Of a stretch of 64,000 nt of DNA, positions 1 to 9,292 are shown piece after piece. The translations under genes and the position numbers were made by a program. A model generated the notes under the pieces. That model did not search any database. It was not told where the DNA came from and was given only the letters and a program-made list of their open reading frames with translations. The stretch is from a virus. Its lineage: Duplodnaviria; Caudoviricetes. The stretch is taken from positions 32,001 through 96,000 of the IMG/VR virus record IMGVR_UViG_2933348407_000001. One strand, written 5' to 3'. Each line of letters begins with the position of its first letter. Positions within the stretch are counted from its first letter, which is position 1.

Positions 1-1194
1 AACTCGGTGGAGATGGCGCTGCCCATCGGGCTGTACCCCGACGGAGGGGGCATCTTCGTCGACCTGGTGGCCGGGCACGTCCTCATCGCGGGCGGCACGG
101 ACATGGGCAAGTCCGGCGTCATCAACTGCGTGATCGGCAACCTCGTTGCGTGCGAGGACGCCGAGATCCTGGGCATCGACATGAAGCCCGGCGCGCTCGA
201 ACTCGGCCCGTGGCGCCGCAACATGCTCGCCCTGGCCGACGACGCCGACGGCGCCCGCCAGGTCCTCACCATGGTCAAGGCGGAGATGATCCGCCGCGGC
301 AAGTACCTGTCCACCCTCCGGGGCCCGAACGGCGAACCGGTCCGGAAATGGACGAGCGAGCACGGCCCGTACTGGATTCTGGTCGTCGACGAGCTTGCCG
401 AGCTTCTGCGCCAGGCCCCGGACGTGGCCTCGGAGCTGGTCACGATCAACCAGGTGGCCCGCGCCATGGGTATCCGCGTGATCGCGGCCACGCAGTCCCC
501 CAGCGAGCAGGCGTTCGGCGGCAAGGGCACGGACGCCCGGCAGCAGTACAGCACCCGCATCGGTCTGCCCGTGTTCGAGACCGAGCCCATCAACATGATC
601 TTCGGCCGGGGCGCGTACGGCCGCGGGTGGCGCCTCGACTGGCTCGACCTGCCCGGCAAGGTCATGGTCTCGTCGCGGCGGTACGAGAAGCCCCGTGAGG
701 GCCGCTGCTACTACGTGACGGACGGCGACATCGTCGTCGTCTCCACGGAGCACGCCCGGTACGAGGACGAGGAGCCCGCCGAGCCCGCGCGGCCGCACCC
801 GCAGCATGAGCCGGACCCCGACCCTGAGCCGCCGGGCCCCCCGCCCGGCGGTGGCGGTGGGGGCCCGCGCGGCGGCCGGCCTCACCTCCGGCCCGTGCCG
901 ACCTTCCCGGACGGCTCCCGCATCCCCGACAACCGCATTGCGCTGTGGGAGGCCCTGCAGAAGGCAGGCCCCGACGGTGTGACGAAGCCCGAACTCGTCG
1001 CTGACGGAATCGTCGGGCACGGCTCCAGTGCCACCCAGCCGCTCACGCGGTGGACCAAGCAGGGGTGGCTGGACGACTCCGGCAAGCGCGGCCAGGCCAA
1101 GGTCTGGCGCTTGGTCGCCGCAGCCCACACCCCCCGCCCCGAAGCGACGAGCAGCACCGATGAGGAGAACTCCGCATGTCCCGCAAGCCTGTAG
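1..1194 (+). CDS. traB: FtsK/SpoIIIE-family conjugal DNA translocase (TraB-like), 5'-truncated by the window edge
   Basis: Walker A GGTDMGKS, Walker B WILVVDE, RAMGIRVIAATQ FtsK motif, Pro/Gly linker and C-terminal wHTH-like region; frame is open to base 1. Confidence 0.85.
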   Translation, partial: NSVEMALPIGLYPDGGGIFVDLVAGHVLIAGGTDMGKSGVINCVIGNLVACEDAEILGIDMKPGALELGPWRRNMLALADDADGARQVLTMVKAEMIRRGKYLSTLRGPNGEPVRKWTSEHGPYWILVVDELAELLRQAPDVASELVTINQVARAMGIRVIAATQSPSEQAFGGKGTDARQQYSTRIGLPVFETEPINMIFGRGAYGRGWRLDWLDLPGKVMVSSRRYEKPREGRCYYVTDGDIVVVSTEHARYEDEEPAEPARPHPQHEPDPDPEPPGPPPGGGGGGPRGGRPHLRPVPTFPDGSRIPDNRIALWEALQKAGPDGVTKPELVADGIVGHGSSATQPLTRWTKQGWLDDSGKRGQAKVWRLVAAAHTPRPEATSSTDEENSACPASL

Positions 1195-1502
1195 TACCGA
1201 CCAACGTCTACCCGGGCATCATGGCGTCCCACATGCCCGTCGAGCAGTACCAGGCGGCGCACGGCTGCACCTGCGGGCACTCGCACGGCCACGGTCAGGC
1301 GCCTGTCCAGCAGATCATCATCAAGCAGTCCGACCCGTGGGTCCGGTACATGGCGATCGGCTTCGCCGGGGCCAGCATCGGCCTCCTGGTCCTCGCCAGC
1401 GTAGTGGCGACGCTGATCGCCGCCGGCCTGTGCGCCCTGTGCATCGCGGTCGCCACCTGGGCAATAAGGGCCCTGCTCAGCGGCCGCAAGGACTCCAAGT
1501 AG
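1176..1502 (+). CDS. small membrane protein, SpdD-like plasmid spread protein
   Basis: Overlaps the traB end, GAGGAG RBS, long C-terminal hydrophobic segment; typical position next to actinomycete traB. Confidence 0.55.
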   Translation: MSRKPVVPTNVYPGIMASHMPVEQYQAAHGCTCGHSHGHGQAPVQQIIIKQSDPWVRYMAIGFAGASIGLLVLASVVATLIAAGLCALCIAVATWAIRALLSGRKDSK

Positions 1503-1526
1503 CCGTAGCGCGCGCCTGCTTCGGGG

Positions 1527-1556
1527 AAGGGCCCTGGCCGACCGGCCGGGGCCTTT
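1527..1556 (+). terminator. hairpin, probable intrinsic terminator
   Basis: AAGGGCCCTGGCC-GAC-CGGCCGGGGCCTTT imperfect inverted repeat after the spd-like gene. Confidence 0.5.
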
Positions 1557-1596
1557 GGCGTGTGCGTGTCGGAGGGCCGTGCGATGATCCTCCGTC

Positions 1597-2052
1597 ATGG
1601 GGAGATACACATGGGGGAAGAGGGTCGCCGGGCTGTTCCTGGCCGCGACCATGGCGGCCGTGAGCGGTTGCAGCAGCTCGGACGACGAGAGCGACGCGAA
1701 GCCGACCGCGAAGGCGAAGACGGTGAGCGTGGAGGCCGCGTCTACCAGGTTCCAGGATGCGGTGACGAAGTTCGACACGGACGGCGGGTGCCTGGAGCAG
1801 GAGCCCGGTACGTGCTGGAAGCAGATGACCGCCCTGATGGAGCCCGCGCGCGACCTGCGGAAAGCGATGAACACGGAGAAGTCCGTGGGCGCCGACTTCT
1901 GGACGGACGCGTACGCCCTGATCGAAACCATGGAGGACGGCATCGCCGTGGGTGAGGACCAGGGCGCCACGGCGTACGGCACGAACCGGCCGAAGGTGCT
2001 TGGGTCCGCGCACGACTTGTCCGACTGGCTCGACGAGAACCCGATCAAGTAG
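1597..2052 (+). CDS. putative lipoprotein
   Basis: Basic N-terminus, hydrophobic stretch, lipobox VSG-C followed by SSSDD. Confidence 0.75.
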   Translation: MGRYTWGKRVAGLFLAATMAAVSGCSSSDDESDAKPTAKAKTVSVEAASTRFQDAVTKFDTDGGCLEQEPGTCWKQMTALMEPARDLRKAMNTEKSVGADFWTDAYALIETMEDGIAVGEDQGATAYGTNRPKVLGSAHDLSDWLDENPIK

Positions 2053-2062
2053 CAGAAACTAA

Positions 2063-2100
2063 GCGGCATCCGCGCGCGGCCGGGGCCCGCCGGATGCCGC
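2063..2100. terminator. bidirectional terminator hairpin between convergent genes
   Basis: GCGGCATCCG (2063-2072) and CGGATGCCGC (2091-2100) form a perfect inverted repeat. Confidence 0.55.
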
Positions 2101-2104
2101 CGGC

Positions 2105-2599
2105 CTACTCGCCCTTCGGCTTCCCCGCGGCCAGCCGGGGGGCGAGCCGGGCGCACCGCGCGGCGTACGCGGACAGGTGCTTGGCCTCGAACTCCGCGGC
2201 GTTCCAGTCCTCGTCGAGGACGTCGCCGCCCGGCCAGATGTAGGCCCACCCGGTCGCACCGGTGGACAGGGTCACTTCACGAAGGTCGTACTGCTCGTCC
2301 TCGAACGCGTCGAGGATGCGCCACTCCTCATTGCTCAGGTCGGTCAGGACCACCCCGGACGCGGAGCCACCGAGAGCGCGCACGACGAGCCCGGGATAGA
2401 GGCGGTCCACGAGCGCAGCCGCGCGGTACCCGGGAGCAGCCGCCGGGGCCTGCTCGGGTACCCGCCCCAACAGGGCCTTGAGGACGGCGGCGAACTGAAG
2501 CGTGCCGTAGCAGAACAGCACGTCGGGGTGTTGCGCGAGTCGGTCCCGGCGACCAGAGGTCTCCGAGACCGGGGCGGGGCTGGTTATCGTCTGGATCAT
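2105..2599 (-). CDS. gamma-glutamylcyclotransferase (AIG2-like) family protein
   Basis: LFCYGTL N-terminal motif and LDAFE..Y; ATG at 2599 chosen over the longer ORF start. Confidence 0.8.
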   Translation of the reverse strand: MIQTITSPAPVSETSGRRDRLAQHPDVLFCYGTLQFAAVLKALLGRVPEQAPAAAPGYRAAALVDRLYPGLVVRALGGSASGVVLTDLSNEEWRILDAFEDEQYDLREVTLSTGATGWAYIWPGGDVLDEDWNAAEFEAKHLSAYAARCARLAPRLAAGKPKGE

Positions 2600-2612
2600 T
2601 GGCGTTCCGGTT

Positions 2613-3185
2613 TCAGGGAGAGGGCAGGTACATCGCGTCGTAGACGGGCGATTCTGGGGCGTGCTTGATCTGTCCCATAATCGTGTACCCCCACCGCAGG
2701 TATGCATCGTGGGCAGGCTGGTTATCGACGATGCACGTCAGTGCCGTGACGGTCTCCGCGCGGCCAGCAATGACCGTGTCGTGGATCTGGCGGCCGAGCC
2801 CCTTGTTCTGGAACTCGGGCAGCACCATCAGTTCCCGGAGCCAGAAGATTCCGCCGGCGTCGGCCAGGACGACGAGGTCGTTCGGCCGCCTGTTGCCAAG
2901 TGACGTCCACCAGGGCTTGTCTGCGGGCAAGGTCGCGCCGTGCACGTACCCGATGATTCGGCCGTCCTGCCAGGCAGTCACGGTCTCGAACCCCGGGCTG
3001 TCGAACGCCATCTCCAGTCGCTCCCGGAAGGAGTCGGCAGAGAAGAATGGGTCTCCGATGTACGGCGGGACGTCGTACACGTGGGCGTAGACGTCGACCA
3101 GCTCGGAGGTTATGCCCATCGCCGACTTAGCATCGTGCCGCTGGAACTGCGGTGCCACTGTGTGCACTCTCCTTTTCTCGCTCAC
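2613..3185 (-). CDS. GNAT-family N-acetyltransferase
   Basis: ELMVLPEFQNKGLG acetyl-CoA motif A and NQPAHDAYLRWGY motif B. Confidence 0.85.
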   Translation of the reverse strand: MSEKRRVHTVAPQFQRHDAKSAMGITSELVDVYAHVYDVPPYIGDPFFSADSFRERLEMAFDSPGFETVTAWQDGRIIGYVHGATLPADKPWWTSLGNRRPNDLVVLADAGGIFWLRELMVLPEFQNKGLGRQIHDTVIAGRAETVTALTCIVDNQPAHDAYLRWGYTIMGQIKHAPESPVYDAMYLPSP

Positions 3186-4525
3186 GCGACGTGAGCCCGG
3201 ATCTGTTCAAGCAAGTCCCCCACCCCGCGGGCGCGCTGATGGGGGAGCATCCCGTTATGGACGATCTTCAACTGCGCGGCGGTCCGAGTCGAGGACATGC
3301 CGCTCTCGACTAGCCGTAGGGCTTCGGTGGCAGCCGCAAGGCCGTGATCGACGTCACCGTTCTCCACGGCCGCGACCGAGAGCCGACCGAGGCACATCCC
3401 GCGGTTCCGGGAATGGGCGGCATCCTGCATCGCCTCAGACCGGGCCAGTAGCGCCTGCGCGCGGGCCGTTTGGCCAAGGTCGAGGCGGCACATGCCTTCA
3501 AGGCAGGTCAGCTCCGCGAGGTTGAGGAACAGGGCCCAGTCCGGATCTCGCTCGTCGCCACCGCGCTCCCACTCCTTCCAGGCCCGCTTGATGGCAGCCT
3601 CGCAGTTGAAAGTGTCACCGAGGCGGGCGTAACCCTGTGCCTCTCGGATCGCGAGGAGAGCTATGACGCGGGTGGGCGCATCCCACAGTTCCGCATGCCG
3701 CTGTCCGAGCTTGGCGAAGCGCACGGCCTCACGGCCCTTGTTCAGGTCGACGGCCTGTCGGGACATGTTGCTCAACGTGCGGCTGGCCAGCTTGTCGTCG
3801 CTGGTGTAGTTGGCCGCGTTCAGGGCCTCGGAGAAGTATTGGCGGGCCTTGTCCTGGAGGCCGGCGTCGTAGCAGAACCATCCGAGCGATGTCGTGAGCT
3901 TGCCCGCCAAAGCATGGAGCTGCTGGCCCAGGGCGTCATCGTAGATACCTCGGTCGATCATGTGGTGAGTCCAGAGCAGGTGCGCCCGGGTCGGCCGCCA
4001 CAGCCTGTTGGCGCCGAACTGCTGGTCGATCGCGTAGTTGTCATCCGCAGCGGCCGAAAGGAATGACACTTCTTCCGGGACGATCCGCCACTCGCCGGAC
4101 CGGTCAGTGCCGGTAGTGGTCTCGGCCAGCCACGGCGGCGGCGCCTCGTCGGTGAGAGGGGCCGGGCCGGTGGCAACCAACAAGGGGCCGACTGCGGGCT
4201 CTTGGGTGATCAGGGGCACTGGGGTGAGCACGATGGGGCCACCATCGCTCTTGGCCCCCCGTGGCCGCAGACCTAGCTCCTCGACGGGGCGCTTCCAGTA
4301 GGCGGCCAGCACCGCGCGGGCGTCGGGGTGCGGCCACGGAGGAGGCTCCTTGCTCTCCCACTTCGAGAGCTGGCGGACGGTGAAGGTGGGGAGCTTGCCT
4401 ATCCGCCGCTCGGCGAAGAGGCGCTTGGCAAGGGTGGTGAGGTGGTCGACCATCTCCTCTTGCGTCAGGTTCGCGTGCTCGCGTAACCGCTTGAGTTCAC
4501 GCATCTCCACCGCCCCCATCGCCAT
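3182..4525 (-). CDS. Xre-type HTH plus TPR-like helical regulator
   Basis: N-terminal LKRLREHANLTQEEM...QLSKWE HTH; C-terminal LGWFCYDAG...ARQYFSEAL helical repeats typical of Streptomyces regulators; overlaps the GNAT start. Confidence 0.75.
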   Translation of the reverse strand: MAMGAVEMRELKRLREHANLTQEEMVDHLTTLAKRLFAERRIGKLPTFTVRQLSKWESKEPPPWPHPDARAVLAAYWKRPVEELGLRPRGAKSDGGPIVLTPVPLITQEPAVGPLLVATGPAPLTDEAPPPWLAETTTGTDRSGEWRIVPEEVSFLSAAADDNYAIDQQFGANRLWRPTRAHLLWTHHMIDRGIYDDALGQQLHALAGKLTTSLGWFCYDAGLQDKARQYFSEALNAANYTSDDKLASRTLSNMSRQAVDLNKGREAVRFAKLGQRHAELWDAPTRVIALLAIREAQGYARLGDTFNCEAAIKRAWKEWERGGDERDPDWALFLNLAELTCLEGMCRLDLGQTARAQALLARSEAMQDAAHSRNRGMCLGRLSVAAVENGDVDHGLAAATEALRLVESGMSSTRTAAQLKIVHNGMLPHQRARGVGDLLEQIRAHVA

Positions 4526-4598
4526 CTGGTCCGCCTCACGGTAGCGACTCCCGTGGCGGTGCGTGAGGGTTCGTCAACTGAACGCCCTGGTCAGGAGG

Positions 4599-4643
4599 AA
4601 AGGGCGGGCGAAAGGGCGGGCAAAGGGCGGGTAGGAGGCGGGC
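4599..4643. repeat. tandem AAAGGGCGGG(C) direct repeats in a divergent promoter region
   Basis: Copies at 4599, 4611 and 4622 plus a degenerate GGAGGCGGGC. Confidence 0.75.
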
Positions 4644-4741
4644 AGAGTTCCGGCGAAAAGACCTGTTCACCGCCTGGCGTCTTCGCTGCACTGGGTCACG
4701 CCGCACACACCGCGTGTGCCGTCGTGATGCCGGGAGGGCTC

Positions 4742-5341
4742 ATGAAGACCCGCGAGATCGCCGAGCACGAGGCCGTGTCCGCGTGGCTCTCCGCGGCGAC
4801 GGCACACCCGGAGACGGCCACCGCCCGCTGGCACCAGAACCCCCACCTACCGCGGCGCCTCGGGTGCGGCGTGACCTTCGACATCGTGCTGTCTGATCGA
4901 TCCCTGGTCGAGGCGGCGTATCAGCTTCTCGACCAGTACGAGCAGCCGCTCGGGCCCGCCGTGCTGTTCTCCAACCTTCGCTCCGCAGCCGTGCTGGTCC
5001 CGCGCGGCACAGCGGCGGGCTGGTACGGCCTGATGGCAGCCTCACAGTGGCCCGAACGGCTCCCCCGGCCGGCATGCCTTGGCGAGGGGCACGCGATTCT
5101 CGTGCCCGCGCTCGTCCCTCGGCCGACGGCAGGGCTCGTGCGCTGGCTGGTCCCTCCCGACGGCGAACAGTCCGTCGGCGGGACGCCGCTGCTCACCAGC
5201 CCCGTTCCGCTCGCACGATGCCTCTCCGAGGCGGGCGCCCTCCTCGCGCCCGTGGAGCGGACTCCCCTCAGCAGGGCCGTGTCGGCAGTCAGGTCGGTCC
5301 TGCCGTCGCCGTCAGTCCTGCCATCCCCCAAGAGGACGTGA
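4742..5341 (+). CDS. hypothetical protein (resembles the degenerate primase-polymerase-like proteins of Streptomyces Xre cassettes)
   Basis: GGAGG RBS before ATG 4742; motifs WLSAA..P..A..W, GVTFDIV, GPAVL, LVP.G and WLVPPDG. Confidence 0.55.
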   Translation: MKTREIAEHEAVSAWLSAATAHPETATARWHQNPHLPRRLGCGVTFDIVLSDRSLVEAAYQLLDQYEQPLGPAVLFSNLRSAAVLVPRGTAAGWYGLMAASQWPERLPRPACLGEGHAILVPALVPRPTAGLVRWLVPPDGEQSVGGTPLLTSPVPLARCLSEAGALLAPVERTPLSRAVSAVRSVLPSPSVLPSPKRT

Positions 5342-5817
5342 TGACGACGACAGCCGTACCACCGTCCCGCGCGGTCCCCCTCCGCGACACGGACCTGATG
5401 GACCAGTGGATCGACGTCGCGCCCCACCGCGGTAACGGCCCGCTCCGCAAGGCAGACGCCCACCGCGTACGCGTCCTACGCAGGATCGCCGCCGCCCAAG
5501 TCCGCTACTACGGCCTGGAAGACCTGATCGACGAGGTGATGCTCCTCGTCTCCGAGTTGGTGACCAACGCGGTACTGCACAGCGGAACCGACAGGGTTGG
5601 CCTGGTGATGGCCGTACGAGACGGCTTCCTGCACATCGACGTCATCGACGGCGTGCCTGGTCACGCGACGCCCAGACAGGTGAGCGCCAACGCCGAGTCG
5701 GGGCGCGGCCTCGCCCTGGTCGAAGCCGTGGTCACAGAGTGCGGCGGGACCTGGGGGACGAGCGACGCCGGCGCGAAGACCTGGTGCCGCCTCGCCTTGC
5801 CGGAGGAGTCGCAGTGA
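5341..5817 (+). CDS. HATPase_c ATP-binding protein (RsbW/anti-sigma-like)
   Basis: LLVSELVTNAVLH N-box, ESGRGLALV G-box and GAKTWC; coupled to the upstream stop codon. Confidence 0.85.
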   Translation: MTTTAVPPSRAVPLRDTDLMDQWIDVAPHRGNGPLRKADAHRVRVLRRIAAAQVRYYGLEDLIDEVMLLVSELVTNAVLHSGTDRVGLVMAVRDGFLHIDVIDGVPGHATPRQVSANAESGRGLALVEAVVTECGGTWGTSDAGAKTWCRLALPEESQ

Positions 5818-6245
5818 CGGCTATCCCCGCTCTGGCCCCCGGTTGGGCTCATCCCGTACGTGCGGCCGTGCCGCCCTTCACCGAGGCCGGACTGAAAAGG
5901 GTCCTGGAGAAGGTGCAGCGGTGGGCCCCGTACGTCGACGGCTCCTTACTCGACGACGTTGCGGCCGTCCTGGACGACTACACGCCCCCCGAGGACGAGG
6001 TCGAGGAGCACGCGCAGCGGCTCCGCGGCCACCTGATGCGACTCGTCAATCTCGCCCTCACCTCCCAGATGGACCAGAAGGACCAGCGAATAGCCGACCT
6101 CGTCGAGCGGGGCCGCACCATCCGATCCGAGGAAGTACCCAGCGACCACCGCCGGGCCGTCGGACACGTCCGACAGATGGCGTGGACGCTCAACGAACTC
6201 CTCGAACTGCTGGTGAAGAACCAGTGCCTTACGGAGGAGCCGTGA
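5814..6245 (+). CDS. hypothetical helical protein (DUF6415-like)
   Basis: GTGA overlap, GGAGG RBS; LRGHLMRL and AVGHVRQMA pattern recalled for this family. Confidence 0.55.
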   Translation: MTAIPALAPGWAHPVRAAVPPFTEAGLKRVLEKVQRWAPYVDGSLLDDVAAVLDDYTPPEDEVEEHAQRLRGHLMRLVNLALTSQMDQKDQRIADLVERGRTIRSEEVPSDHRRAVGHVRQMAWTLNELLELLVKNQCLTEEP

Positions 6246-6952
6246 CCTTCCCGTCCCTCAGACTCGCGTACAACCCGCGGGCCATAGACCCTCGGGCCCC
6301 GCGCCTGTCCCTAGTTCCCTACATCACCCAGAGGGCCGGGGAAGACGCAGCGCCAGAAAACCTCTTCATCATCCGGCACTCGTCCGGCCCGCGGCTGTAC
6401 TACCGAGACGAGGACCCCAGGGATCGAGACCCGCGAGGCGCCCTGTGGGCCCGGTGCGGCTGGAACCCCGTCGACGCGCAAGGCAGAATCACCGGCGAAC
6501 CGCAATGGAAGCTGATGCACCCCCACCGGCAAATGGTGTGCATGCAGACGATGCTCTGTCAGATCTGCTCGCTCCCCGCCCGGACGCCGCTCGGCTTCAT
6601 CTTCCTCGCCGGCCCCAGGGACCACGACCCAACCCAGGCGAGCATCCTCACGAATCAGCCGCCCGTGTGCCGCAAGCACGCCCGTGCAGCCGCGAAGCTC
6701 TGTCCTCACCTGGAGGACAACCCGATGGTGTTCCTGGCCAGGAGCGCGCCCTTATACGGCGTGCACGGCACCCTGTACGGCCTCGACGACGGAGGCGTGA
6801 AGGTCGTCGCCCAGCCGGACGCGCCGTTGCCGTACGGCCACGCGAACATCGGGACGTTTCTCGCCTCGCAGTTGGTTCGCCGCCTCCAGTCGTTCCGCAC
6901 CGTCGGCCTCGACGAGCTGCTCGAGGACCTGGCGGCGCCCGCCGCCGCATAG
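6242..6952 (+). CDS. Cys/His-rich hypothetical protein
   Basis: GTGA overlap, GGAGG RBS; HPHRQ..CM...LCQIC and PPVC..H....CPHL possible Zn ligands. Confidence 0.65.
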   Translation: MTFPSLRLAYNPRAIDPRAPRLSLVPYITQRAGEDAAPENLFIIRHSSGPRLYYRDEDPRDRDPRGALWARCGWNPVDAQGRITGEPQWKLMHPHRQMVCMQTMLCQICSLPARTPLGFIFLAGPRDHDPTQASILTNQPPVCRKHARAAAKLCPHLEDNPMVFLARSAPLYGVHGTLYGLDDGGVKVVAQPDAPLPYGHANIGTFLASQLVRRLQSFRTVGLDELLEDLAAPAAA

Positions 6953-6955
6953 ACC

Positions 6956-7090
6956 CCTGCCTGGTGACCACACGACCGGCTCTGTGGCCATCAGGCAGGC
7001 AGCAAGCTCCGCCCGTAGACAACGGCATTCGGCGCGGGCGGAGGAACGGCGCTGGGGCCCACATCCCCCATAGGCCCCAGCGCCAGCCGG
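6956..7090 (+). repeat. multi-hairpin intergenic element, copy 1
   Basis: Stems 6956-6999, 7007-7043 and 7048-7084; 7003-7090 is homologous to 9058-9142. Confidence 0.7.
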
Positions 7091-7143
7091 ACGTTCAGAA
7101 CGGCATCCGAAGACACCTCAAGCCCCCGAAGGGGAGGAACCTG

Positions 7144-8088
7144 TTGAACTCGACCGATGAGTTTCGCGTCGTTTCGTGGAACGTCGAGCACAACGGCATC
7201 AGCAACAGCGGTGATGATGCCAAATGGCACCTGGCCATGGACGTCCTCGTCGAACTCCAGCCCCACGTACTCCTCCGCCAGGAGATCACCCGCGGGGACA
7301 TGTTCGGCGGGCGAGCGATATGGGCGGAGGCTGCTCGTCTCGGCGGCAACGGCCCGGCGCACACGGCGTTCCTCGCTACTGCCACCCCGGAGTCAGCCAA
7401 TCCGACCGGTGTCTACACCGACCCGTCTCTGTGTACGCCCGTCCAATACTTCGAGCACGTCACCAGCATGTGGCATCCGATCTGCAACCCGGTCGTACGG
7501 CTCAAGGGCGCGCCGTCGACGCTGAGCCTGGCCTCATTCCACCTGTGTTCCTTCGACCCAGCCCAACGGGCGAGCGAAGCGAAGCGGCTTGCCATGTTGG
7601 GGCAACCGGGCATGGCGGCGATTATCGGCGGCGACTGCAACTCCTATCCACACCGATCCGACGACGAGACGGCCGCGTTACCCGAATGGGACAAGATCAC
7701 TGACCGGTCTCACTTTGAGGCCCGCACGATCGAGCGGGGCGGCGAACGCGTCTCCGACACCCGGCCGGACGAGATCCTCGCTGGCGAGCACGATGGACGA
7801 CCGCCGGTCTTCAAAGAACTGGGGCACCACGCCGCGACGGTGCTCGGCCAGCCGGATGCGCTCGACCCCACGGCATCGCTGTGGCGCATGGACCAAGGCC
7901 CTATGCGGCGGATCGACCGCATCTATGCGACCCCGCAGGTAGCCGAGGCCCTGACCAGGCTGGAGGTCATCGTCACCGACGACGTTCGCGAGGTATCCGA
8001 CCACGCTCCTCTTGTCGCCACCTTCAGCCTCGCCAAGCTGCGCCGCGCCCTGTCTGGGGCCCCTGGTGAGAAGGAGGTCGCAGCATGA
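7144..8088 (+). CDS. endonuclease/exonuclease/phosphatase (EEP) family protein
   Basis: VVSWNV, LLRQE, IIGGDCN, RIDRIY and SDH motifs; TTG start after GGGGAGG. Confidence 0.85.
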   Translation: MNSTDEFRVVSWNVEHNGISNSGDDAKWHLAMDVLVELQPHVLLRQEITRGDMFGGRAIWAEAARLGGNGPAHTAFLATATPESANPTGVYTDPSLCTPVQYFEHVTSMWHPICNPVVRLKGAPSTLSLASFHLCSFDPAQRASEAKRLAMLGQPGMAAIIGGDCNSYPHRSDDETAALPEWDKITDRSHFEARTIERGGERVSDTRPDEILAGEHDGRPPVFKELGHHAATVLGQPDALDPTASLWRMDQGPMRRIDRIYATPQVAEALTRLEVIVTDDVREVSDHAPLVATFSLAKLRRALSGAPGEKEVAA

Positions 8089-9008
8089 GCACCCGAATCA
8101 CCGTGCTGTCCTGGAACTTTGAGAACAACGGTGGTGGTGACTCCGCCAAGCGCCTTCAGGCGCACGAGAGGCTGGTGTCCCTCAGCCCACACCTGGTGCT
8201 TCGTCAGGAGATGTGGCGCGCGGACACCGACGGCAACGCGATCTTGTACGAGCTGGAGGGCGTTCTCGGTATGCGCGGCTGGCTCGGCCCAGAATCGTGC
8301 ACCGCGATCTTCGCCGATCCGCGCTTCTTCCACCCGGTGCGTGAGTGGCCCAAGCCCGGCCCCATGTGGGTGCTGCCGCCCACAGCGCTGACCATGCGCT
8401 ACCTGCCCGCTGGCACCGAAGCCACACCGCTCGCCCTGGCCTCGTACCACCTCAACTACGCATCGAGCACCAACCGTGCTGCCGAGGCGGAATGGCTGTC
8501 GACGTGGGCCGACAAGAAGTGGACCAACCCACAGGGTGAGACCGTACGGATGCCGTGTCTTGTCGCCGGCGACAACAACAGCTATCCAGTCCCCGGCATC
8601 GAGGGCGACCCGGCGCTGCCGGTGCTGAACGAGATCAAAGACCGGCCGCACCGCCTACACCGCTCGTTCATGGGCCCGGACGGTACCCGGGTAATGGATA
8701 CCCGCCCGGATGAGGCGCTGCGCACCGCCGGCCTGGAGGACGTGGCCCGCCACTGGTCTGCCAAGCACGGAGACAAGGCCGCAGTCTCCCGAACGGTCAA
8801 CGCCTGTGAGACGCACGGGCCGGACTCCCGCATCGACCGCCTTTACGCCACCCCCGACTTGTTGGACGCGGTGACTGGTGTGGATGTGATCGAGGTCCCC
8901 GAGGAGGTTTCGGACCACCACATCGTTCGGGTCACGCTCGACGGCGACCGCCTTTCGGACATCCTCAACCAGCAGCCGAACACGCTCGAGTCGCTGGTCG
9001 CCCCCTGA
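8085..9008 (+). CDS. endonuclease/exonuclease/phosphatase (EEP) family protein, paralog of the upstream gene
   Basis: VLSWNF, LRQE, AGDNN, RIDRLY and SDHH motifs; ATGA overlap. Confidence 0.85.
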   Translation: MSTRITVLSWNFENNGGGDSAKRLQAHERLVSLSPHLVLRQEMWRADTDGNAILYELEGVLGMRGWLGPESCTAIFADPRFFHPVREWPKPGPMWVLPPTALTMRYLPAGTEATPLALASYHLNYASSTNRAAEAEWLSTWADKKWTNPQGETVRMPCLVAGDNNSYPVPGIEGDPALPVLNEIKDRPHRLHRSFMGPDGTRVMDTRPDEALRTAGLEDVARHWSAKHGDKAAVSRTVNACETHGPDSRIDRLYATPDLLDAVTGVDVIEVPEEVSDHHIVRVTLDGDRLSDILNQQPNTLESLVAP

Positions 9009-9030
9009 GACTGCCGCTCGGTGGGACGGA

Positions 9031-9237
9031 TGCCCGCCCTGGCCACCCGGCGGGTAACAAGCTCCGCCCGTGCGACAAGCGGCATTCGGTACGGGCGGAG
9101 ACGCGGCGCTGGGGCTATACCCCATGGGCCCCAGCGCCGGACCAATTCGCCGCAATCCGACAGTTGATCGCTGCTCCCGAGGCCCCACGGCCCCACGAGA
9201 CCCACCCGCTGTCGGACCGCCTTCGGCGCCCGGGCGG
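9031..9237 (+). repeat. multi-hairpin intergenic element, copy 2
   Basis: Stems 9031-9056, 9062-9100, 9105-9138 and TCCGACAG...CTGTCGGA (9156-9216). Confidence 0.7.
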
Positions 9238-9292
9238 CAGTACCAGCACCAGAGCGACACCCCGAGGACCCCAAGAGAGAAGGAAGCTCCGC

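Noticed and set aside
780-880. clt-like repeats at the traB 3' end
   Set aside because: The repeats simply encode the Pro/Asp/Gly linker of TraB
5293-5330. SVLPSP duplication at the end of the 4742 gene
   Set aside because: Short local 18-bp duplication in a disordered tail with no evident function
6445-7143. Long N-terminal extension of the first EEP ORF (likewise starts at 5047, 9164, 10212, 40029 and 60239)
   Set aside because: Extensions overlap real genes or structured intergenic DNA; RBS and domain starts support the later codons
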